A DNA stretch of 28,562 nt from the IMG/VR virus record IMGVR_UViG_3300004240_000045, positions 1 to 28,562 of that record; one strand, written 5' to 3'. Shown here one piece after another: positions 22,994-28,562 of the stretch (within the stretch, counting starts at the first letter, position 1; each line of letters starts with the position of its first letter). The notes below the pieces were generated by a model. It was not told where the DNA came from. It did no database searches and saw only the letters and a list, made by a program, of their open reading frames with translations. A program made the position numbers and the translations under genes. Source of the DNA: a virus. Lineage: Duplodnaviria > Caudoviricetes.

Positions 22994-23641
22994 TCAATCT
23001 GTAAGCCGCTCCCAGTCATCAATCCACTTTTCAGGCCAGTAGACGTTCGTGTGAATCCATAGCTTTGCAAGCTCTTGCTGAGTGTAGTCGAAGCCCATCA
23101 GTAGCTCACGAAATCCCTTCACATATTCGTCAGGCATGAAGTTTTCCAATAGCTTCAAGGCCTTCGTTCGGTCCTTGGTGGCCGCTGCGCGTTGCTGCAC
23201 CATCCGCCGCCAGCGGCTGCACAGTGCCTTCAGGGCCTTGTCGTTGATGCTCGGGGCCTGGGCCTTGGTCAGCGCCTCTGGAACGTCCTTCCGGCCCAGG
23301 TAGCAGGCGATCAGATCGACCGCATCCCATGGCTGACCGTCCATGTCGCAGATCGGCTGGGAGCCCTCCACCCGCTCCCTGGTCAAAGGATCGGTGATAG
23401 CGCCGTAGTCCTTCATGTAGAGCCGATGAAATAGCTCCTCAAACTGCAAGAAACTTGCAAATCGCAGCTCGCCAGACTTGCCAGATTCAATAACTGACCA
23501 GTTACCGTAGCTGATTGTGTCAAAACCGGCTTCTCTGGCCCAGTTACCAGCCGTGTACTGCGTCCAGCCTTGCTGAATTCGCCAGTTGCGGATCATGGAG
23601 CCAAAACGCTCCTTGTTTGCTTGGATTTCAGCTTCTGTCAT
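22994..23641 (-). CDS. XRE-family HTH transcriptional regulator (repressor-like)
   Basis: FG.MIRNWRIQQGWTQ...ISYGNWSVIESGK N-terminal XRE HTH; 215 aa. Confidence 0.7.
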   Translation of the reverse strand: MTEAEIQANKERFGSMIRNWRIQQGWTQYTAGNWAREAGFDTISYGNWSVIESGKSGELRFASFLQFEELFHRLYMKDYGAITDPLTRERVEGSQPICDMDGQPWDAVDLIACYLGRKDVPEALTKAQAPSINDKALKALCSRWRRMVQQRAAATKDRTKALKLLENFMPDEYVKGFRELLMGFDYTQQELAKLWIHTNVYWPEKWIDDWERLTD

Positions 23642-23832
23642 TGGTCGAGTTCGTTGGCGATGTCGAGAATGTCTTGGCGGATGTCATCAGCGCCCTTGAT
23701 TCGGACGGCCAGTGCCCGGAAAGCAGCTGCAAGCTTGTTGCCGTAATCAACGAAGACTCCGGCATCCGCTTCATTGAATGCTTCCCAGACTGCTTCAGCT
23801 ACTGGGCTCAGTGGCTTTTTGTTGTCAGCCAT
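23638..23832 (-). CDS. Hypothetical protein (family A)
   Basis: Likely start ATG 23832; LSP.AEAVWEAF...LAAA.RALA...ILDIANEL. Confidence 0.65.
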   Translation of the reverse strand: MADNKKPLSPVAEAVWEAFNEADAGVFVDYGNKLAAAFRALAVRIKGADDIRQDILDIANELDQ

Positions 23833-24196
23833 CGGGAAGCGAGTCAATGAGGGCGCGGAGCTTATTGTAGGTTTCTTGTTTTTCGTGCATTGTCAGATTG
23901 TGGTAGATACCTGCATCGAGAAGATTGCGAGCCTCGTATTTTGTTGGCAGTAATTTTGGTGCGAGAATTGCGCGAAGCTGCTTGACAAGGAAATGCTTGT
24001 CTATCAGCCTCGGATCGCCAGTTGCTGCTCGATCGGAATAGGCTTCCTGTATTAGGTCAAGGCAAGCGTTGAGCATTTGATTGGCGCCCCATTGAGCAGC
24101 CTTGATCAAGATCAGATCAACACGGTCGCCGTTGGCCTTTAGCTCTTGGCACCAGTTGTGGATTTTGTCGGGAGGAGGCGTGATTGGATGGGTCAT
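23825..24196 (-). CDS. Hypothetical protein (family B)
   Basis: MTHPITPPP....W...AAQWGA.Q.L.AC...LRA...PK. Confidence 0.7.
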   Translation of the reverse strand: MTHPITPPPDKIHNWCQELKANGDRVDLILIKAAQWGANQMLNACLDLIQEAYSDRAATGDPRLIDKHFLVKQLRAILAPKLLPTKYEARNLLDAGIYHNLTMHEKQETYNKLRALIDSLPDG

Positions 24197-24229
24197 GATT
24201 TTGAATTGACGGGAATAAAGATGTAGCTG

Positions 24230-24541
24230 TCAGTCATCAGAAAGTGCCTCCAGCGCTTGACGAATGATTGGCAAAGCAGGGGACTGCGTAATGCAATCAC
24301 CACGGCTTACTGCGGCATCCAGTGCTTTAATGGCCTTCTCCTTCGGGGTCGGTGGCTTTGGGCGACAGATGGCCCGAAGCTCATCACAAGCACAGTCACC
24401 CTCCATAAGACGCAGCTCCTCACAGCATCTATCAAGCTGCCAGTCAGCTGCTGCCTTAATGATATCTTCCCCGCTGGAGGCTTCACGGCACCATTCTTGA
24501 ATAAGCTCGTCAGGTGGATAGCCGTTGCTCGATTGAGTCAT
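24230..24541 (-). CDS. Hypothetical protein (family B)
   Basis: PPDELIQEW...AAD.QLD.CC...LRA.CRPKPPT.KE.A...IRQALE.L.D. Confidence 0.7.
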   Translation of the reverse strand: MTQSSNGYPPDELIQEWCREASSGEDIIKAAADWQLDRCCEELRLMEGDCACDELRAICRPKPPTPKEKAIKALDAAVSRGDCITQSPALPIIRQALEALSDD

Positions 24542-24573
24542 GACTTGGTTTTTGTGGATTTGCGTTGATGCAG

Positions 24574-24897
24574 TTAGCCTTTCATCGGCCAGCCCATTTT
24601 GATAAGCGCCTCATTGAGTGAATTGCCATCATACCAGACATTTGCAAGCCAGCGACCGAAAGAATCCTTGCGGACGGTGTGGACGACGATTTCATTGGCA
24701 GGCAACAGGCGAGATGCGGTAGCGTGGGTGGCTCCAACGTATCCAGCCTCTCCCTTTTCAGGAGTGTCAACGCCAAGCAGCCGTAGGCGCTGCCTGGTTC
24801 TGATCTTGTCAAATCCGAGGTCAATGTCAACGTCAATCGTGTCACCGTCAACAACACGCACAAGCTCGACGCGGTAGTGGTAAAGCTTTTCGTTCAC
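24574..24897 (-). CDS. Thermonuclease (SNase-like) family protein
   Basis: RVVDGDTIDV.IDLGF...RLRL.GVDTPE...KDSFGRWLA...SLNE.LI..G. Confidence 0.9.
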   Translation of the reverse strand: MNEKLYHYRVELVRVVDGDTIDVDIDLGFDKIRTRQRLRLLGVDTPEKGEAGYVGATHATASRLLPANEIVVHTVRKDSFGRWLANVWYDGNSLNEALIKMGWPMKG

Positions 24898-25100
24898 AGT
24901 TTTACCTCAAGAAAAACGATGTGATTGACGGTAAGGGAGTTTTGACCGTATTTTTGCACGGCCTCAATAGAAATGGAATCAACGGATAGGCCGGTCTGGT
25001 CGTAAAAGTGATTCAGCGCATCTGCAATAAGCGCCTCAAGTTCGCGTTTCTTGGTTGAAGCATCTTTCAGGCGAATGGGAGACTGTGTGTGCATTGTCAT
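24894..25100 (-). CDS. Hypothetical protein
   Basis: 68 aa; K..LE..I...L..F...TGL.V..I.....V.L; GTGA-coupled. Confidence 0.6.
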   Translation of the reverse strand: MTMHTQSPIRLKDASTKKRELEALIADALNHFYDQTGLSVDSISIEAVQKYGQNSLTVNHIVFLEVKL

Positions 25101-25105
25101 GGCTT

Positions 25106-25354
25106 TCAGATCAACTTGATTTCAGTGGTGGCTCCCGTGTCTTGATTGACAAAGGAAAGCCGTTGGTTGGTTTCTTCGCAACGCATTGCCATCAGATAAA
25201 TAGCAATGCCCTTGCGGATGCTATCTGACATGCTGATGCCGTACTTGTTTTTCAGTTCATGCAGTGCGGTGATGGTTGTACGGTTGGCGCGGAAGTGAAT
25301 TCGTTCATTAAGGCGCTTAGTGTCAAGCGTTGCGGGAATGTCGCCGTTGGTCAT
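25106..25354 (-). CDS. Ribbon-helix-helix DNA-binding protein
   Basis: Start ATG 25354 (ATGA coupling); ERIHFRA....ITALHELKNKYGISMSDSIRKGIAIYL. Confidence 0.7.
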   Translation of the reverse strand: MTNGDIPATLDTKRLNERIHFRANRTTITALHELKNKYGISMSDSIRKGIAIYLMAMRCEETNQRLSFVNQDTGATTEIKLI

Positions 25355-25896
25355 TTGCTTTCCGGGTTTTGATGTGGAATTGGCAGCGCCCAGTGAGGAA
25401 GGCAGTAGCCAGTCCCAGGCAGCCACTTTTGTTGAGGCCAGAGATGCCAGAAATGCCCTCCAACTGCGTGTGCAGACAGCCAGCACCTTCCCTCCGCATC
25501 GCAGAATCCTTCGCGCTCCCATGGCCGCTCGCTCACCGGGATGGGGGTGATGGCGGGGCGGCCCCAGCGGGCGACAGCTCGCAGTCCTGAGAGCCAGCTT
25601 TCATCGGCGCCGCAGGAAGCAGCATCCACGAACGCTTCCCAGTAGGCCGCCTTCAGCTCCTCATCCGTCGCCCCCACCGGCTCCGGCTTGGCCCACACAG
25701 CGCCGCACACAGCACAAGGCGAATTTTCCGGCGCAGGAGAACCATCGCAAGCCACGCACGCCGGCTCCGGCTGGGCCAGGGCGGCGCGGGCGCGGTGGCG
25801 CAGTAGGCCGCCGTCCGCTTCGGGGTCGCTGGCCGCCTGTCTGTCCAGCGCAGCCAGCAGCTCAGCGCACAGGGCGCGGTAGTCGGGGTGGGTCAT
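25351..25896 (-). CDS. Hypothetical modular protein (family C)
   Basis: DYRALCAEL...RARAALAQPEP, CxxC...CxxC insert, TDEEL...GLRAV.RWG, PIPVSERP...CD.EGRCW...LPHWALP; GC-rich. Confidence 0.7.
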   Translation of the reverse strand: MTHPDYRALCAELLAALDRQAASDPEADGGLLRHRARAALAQPEPACVACDGSPAPENSPCAVCGAVWAKPEPVGATDEELKAAYWEAFVDAASCGADESWLSGLRAVARWGRPAITPIPVSERPWEREGFCDAEGRCWLSAHAVGGHFWHLWPQQKWLPGTGYCLPHWALPIPHQNPESK

Positions 25897-26180
25897 GGCG
25901 TGTCGGTGGTGGGTTGGCCGTTCTCCATGGCTGGAGGATCGTCAAACTGGTGCGGGAACTCACGCTCAAGGATTGCAAAAGCTGCACGCTTAGCAATTGC
26001 CTCCATATCTAAGACTGTAAAACTGGAGCCAATGCTGGTACGCTCTTTCTGAGCCAGCTCACGCATTTTGCAATCGCCGATGCTTCCGGTTTTCTTGAAC
26101 TTAGCGTAATCACGCACAATTTCCCACAAGGTTTCTAGTGGGTAGTCTTCTGGACGAAAAATGTAAACAGTGTCGGCCAT
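25893..26180 (-). CDS. Hypothetical protein
   Basis: 95 aa; TAATG/ATGA coupling. Confidence 0.65.
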   Translation of the reverse strand: MADTVYIFRPEDYPLETLWEIVRDYAKFKKTGSIGDCKMRELAQKERTSIGSSFTVLDMEAIAKRAAFAILEREFPHQFDDPPAMENGQPTTDTP

Positions 26181-26413
26181 TAGCGTGTTTCAGGTTGAGA
26201 TTGATGTTGTGCGGCAGCGTGAGAGCAGCCCGCAAGAAATGCCTCTCTCAAGGCCCAGCCAAACCAAAGGGGACCACCGAGCTTGCTAGATGGTGCATCA
26301 GCAGAATCAAGCACGCTTTTGACATAGCGATAGGCAGCTTGTATTTCGGGGTGAAGCTCTTTGTCGTCGCCTTGGCGGCGAGCAGTGTGTTCTGGCGTCA
26401 GATCAGTAGTCAT
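26180..26413 (-). CDS. Hypothetical protein
   Basis: 77 aa; PLWFGWALREAFLAG motif; coupled. Confidence 0.65.
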   Translation of the reverse strand: MTTDLTPEHTARRQGDDKELHPEIQAAYRYVKSVLDSADAPSSKLGGPLWFGWALREAFLAGCSHAAAQHQSQPETR

Positions 26414-27009
26414 GAGTTTTCATCAGCAGTGGGAAGTGGAAGCGCCCAAAGTGGCAGCCAGTATTGATAGCCGAACCTGCCAATAAGTCGCCAATGAGTT
26501 CGTTTCCAACTCAGATGAGCATCAAGTCCCCATACAAGACTGTCCTCATCGACATCATCTGCTGTTGGTGGTTCTTCGTTGAAGGGCTTGGGTTTTTGCA
26601 GCGCGGTTGAGCTGACACGTGGATCAGTCGCAACCTGCATGTCCCAGGCAATCAGGTCATTCAACGCCTTGCGCGGATTTGAGTAATGCTCTTCTTGCAG
26701 GATGTGACTGCAAACAAGTGCATCAATCAGTTCGGCCTTCCAAGAATTGAGCTGCTCGGATTCAACGGCAGTTTTAATACCAGCACCCCAGCCAGCGGTA
26801 TAGCCCTCTTTGTAGACAAAGAAAGCATCGCCACGGTGATAGGCGGGAACTTCCACTTCGTCGCAGTCAATGGTCGGTGGCTCCGGCTCAGGTTTTGCGA
26901 GTTCAGCCAAGGCGCGATCAACAAGCTTCCTGGCTGGGTCTCCATACGAAGCGCGAATATCAAGTGATGCCGTCAATTCAGCACAAAGAGAACGAAATAC
27001 GTCAGTCAT
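26410..27009 (-). CDS. Hypothetical modular protein (family C)
   Basis: FRSLCAEL...RALAELAKPEP; WK..LIDAL...H...PRKA...LI.W...VA.DP.VS; C-terminal YWLP.WALPLP. Confidence 0.7.
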   Translation of the reverse strand: MTDVFRSLCAELTASLDIRASYGDPARKLVDRALAELAKPEPEPPTIDCDEVEVPAYHRGDAFFVYKEGYTAGWGAGIKTAVESEQLNSWKAELIDALVCSHILQEEHYSNPRKALNDLIAWDMQVATDPRVSSTALQKPKPFNEEPPTADDVDEDSLVWGLDAHLSWKRTHWRLIGRFGYQYWLPLWALPLPTADENS

Positions 27010-27337
27010 CGGTTTCCTCCGGCTTGTAGGGACCAGTCAGTTGACCGTTTTCATCAATTACGCCCATTTCCATCAGGAACTGCTTGGCGGCAGCTTTATC
27101 GCCAGCCAGGGCGCGGTCCAGCAGGGTCGGGGCTTCCAGCTCAAGCACAAGATCTTCAAGCGTTGAAACCGGAACACCAGTCAGGCTCTCGCCTTCACCA
27201 TCGCAGTAGCTTTGAAAGGCGTAGGCAATATGTCTTAGCACATTGGCAATGCCATGGCGAACATCTTCACCTTCTCCAAACTCTTCAATCAGGCGCTGAG
27301 CGCGGCTTGTCAGGTGGTCCGTGTTACTGTCGGTCAT
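27002..27337 (-). CDS. Hypothetical protein (family A-related)
   Basis: LT.RAQ.L...F...IANVLR.IA...L..L..ELE; C-terminal GVIDENGQLT.PY. Confidence 0.65.
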   Translation of the reverse strand: MTDSNTDHLTSRAQRLIEEFGEGEDVRHGIANVLRHIAYAFQSYCDGEGESLTGVPVSTLEDLVLELEAPTLLDRALAGDKAAAKQFLMEMGVIDENGQLTGPYKPEETDD

Positions 27338-27582
27338 TTTGTTTCAGTACGGGTGTTCCAGCGCTTGACAGCAGATTGACGAAACTGCTCCCAGTATTCA
27401 TCAGGAAAATCACGGTCGGGTTCTGGAGCGCGTTCACCAAGCACAGAGGCGCTGCAGCTTGAACATCTGACGATCCAGATCAATCTGTGATCTTCAAGCG
27501 TTGCTGCGTTACCACAGAACGGACATGGCTTGAGTAGATGCTGTTCGGCTGATTCAAGTCGATCAGCCCTGCTGTAAGTCAT
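27334..27582 (-). CDS. Lar-family restriction alleviation-like zinc-finger protein
   Basis: LKPCPFCG...VRCSSCSA...A...WNTR signature. Confidence 0.8.
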   Translation of the reverse strand: MTYSRADRLESAEQHLLKPCPFCGNAATLEDHRLIWIVRCSSCSASVLGERAPEPDRDFPDEYWEQFRQSAVKRWNTRTETK

Positions 27583-27803
27583 TTTGCTTCAACGCGAAGA
27601 TCAAGAAAAAGTGCATCCATGATTGTTACCTTTGGACCTGTTGTCAAACGATTGAAAGCATCGGCCTCAAGCTTTGCTGAGATAAATGTGAACAGAAGGA
27701 CGACCAAGAGAAATCCGACTGGGACAATAATAAAGCTGTAAGGCAATACTCCATCCCATATTTCGCTCAGCTCCGGCACTAGCTTGCTTTTGTGTTTTGT
27801 CAT
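27579..27803 (-). CDS. Small single-TM protein
   Basis: FIIVPVGFLLVVLLFTFI followed by EA.AFNRLT...V...DA.F..LRV. Confidence 0.65.
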   Translation of the reverse strand: MTKHKSKLVPELSEIWDGVLPYSFIIVPVGFLLVVLLFTFISAKLEADAFNRLTTGPKVTIMDALFLDLRVEAK

Positions 27804-28066
27804 GAGCTGATTTCCGGGTTTCGTGGAGTAACGGCTAATTGACTATTTCTGCTCCATTCTTTTGACGATGGCTGTATCCATTCGATTTCATCACCATCCC
27901 CGTCCGTCATGTATCCACCTAAGGGATCAGGTGATTCGACTTCCATTAAAAATGGACTGCCGCAGCATCCGCAGCCACCAATAGCAAGTCCATGCTTAAG
28001 CGTAAGTTCACGTAGCTCAAGCAGGAACTGTCGGTGCGCTGGGTTTAGATTCTTTGGCTCTGTCAT
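27800..28066 (-). CDS. Hypothetical protein with GGCGCCGSP motif
   Basis: Start moved to ATG 28066 (MTEPKNLNPAHRQFLLELRELTLKHGLAIGGCGCCGSPFL); TGCTACAAT promoter ~40 nt upstream. Confidence 0.7.
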   Translation of the reverse strand: MTEPKNLNPAHRQFLLELRELTLKHGLAIGGCGCCGSPFLMEVESPDPLGGYMTDGDGDEIEWIQPSSKEWSRNSQLAVTPRNPEISS

Positions 28067-28105
28067 GCGTTGGTTGCAGGTGTCCACCGGTCTCCCGGCA
28101 CCAGA

Positions 28106-28114
28106 ATTGTAGCA
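28106..28114 (-). promoter_or_regulatory. Extended -10 promoter of the leftward accessory operon
   Basis: Minus strand TG-C-TACAAT. Confidence 0.55.
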
Positions 28115-28268
28115 CCTCTTGTACGCACAGGTGTCCGCACAGAACCGAGGCCCCTCACCCCCGGCGCGGCTGGGACAACAGCCCAAGCCCTTGACAAGGA
28201 AAGAGAGTTTGACTTGCCACCTGGCTACAAAATGAAGTAGCCTAGGCTTGATCACTTAATCCCTAAGC

Positions 28269-28529
28269 GTGTCAACAAACAAGCACGGGCAGGCAATGGC
28301 TGGTAATTGGAGTGGTTGTCGCTGGTGCGAGGTATGTGGTCGTCCTCATGGCTGCATGTATGTGTGTCCACACTACCCAAATGATGTAAAAGCCGAAATT
28401 GAACAGTTGTCTGAGGCTACGCAAAGATCATTAGCTGACCAAGTTTGGTGCGCAGAACAGGCAAGAAAAAAATTACCGCAGATTGGTGCTCATGTCTTCC
28501 GCTTCCTTGCCAGATTTGTAGCAAATTAG
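28269..28529 (+). CDS. Hypothetical Cys-rich protein
   Basis: C.WCEVC..PH...YVC.HY; start may be the internal ATG (MAGNW...). Confidence 0.45.
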   Translation: MSTNKHGQAMAGNWSGCRWCEVCGRPHGCMYVCPHYPNDVKAEIEQLSEATQRSLADQVWCAEQARKKLPQIGAHVFRFLARFVAN

Positions 28530-28562
28530 CCAGCGGGACCTTCTCTTGGGGATGGAAAAAAA

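Noticed and set aside
28223-28242. NtcA box
   Set aside because: The order is TAC-N8-GTA, the reverse of the NtcA consensus GTA-N8-TAC.

Overview
This 28.6 kb window comes from a tailed dsDNA phage with siphovirus-like organisation. The host is most likely a picocyanobacterium (Synechococcus/Cyanobium-like), inferred from an NblA-like gene and recognisable cyanophage-type small proteins. The minus strand carries the morphogenesis region in this transcription order: a cassette of virion fibre/appendage genes (18673->11267), terminase large subunit, portal, scaffold, a run of small very basic proteins, major capsid, head-tail connectors, tail terminator and the start of the tail tube gene. The right third is an accessory/early region of short translationally coupled ORFs (NblA-like, SLOG/YspA, thermonuclease, Lar-like, XRE and RHH regulators, several paralog families) plus two tRNA genes. 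The main finding is a 359-aa intein in the terminase Walker A motif (GGYG|C...HN|SGKT). Its central region has no endonuclease in the intein frame. Instead, a complete HTH-HTH-HTH-HNH endonuclease gene lies on the opposite strand inside the intein, with a candidate -10 promoter, while the intein frame stays open across it. A second, free-standing NUMOD4-HNH gene also lies antisense in the late region. All family assignments are by motif recognition only; no searches were run.
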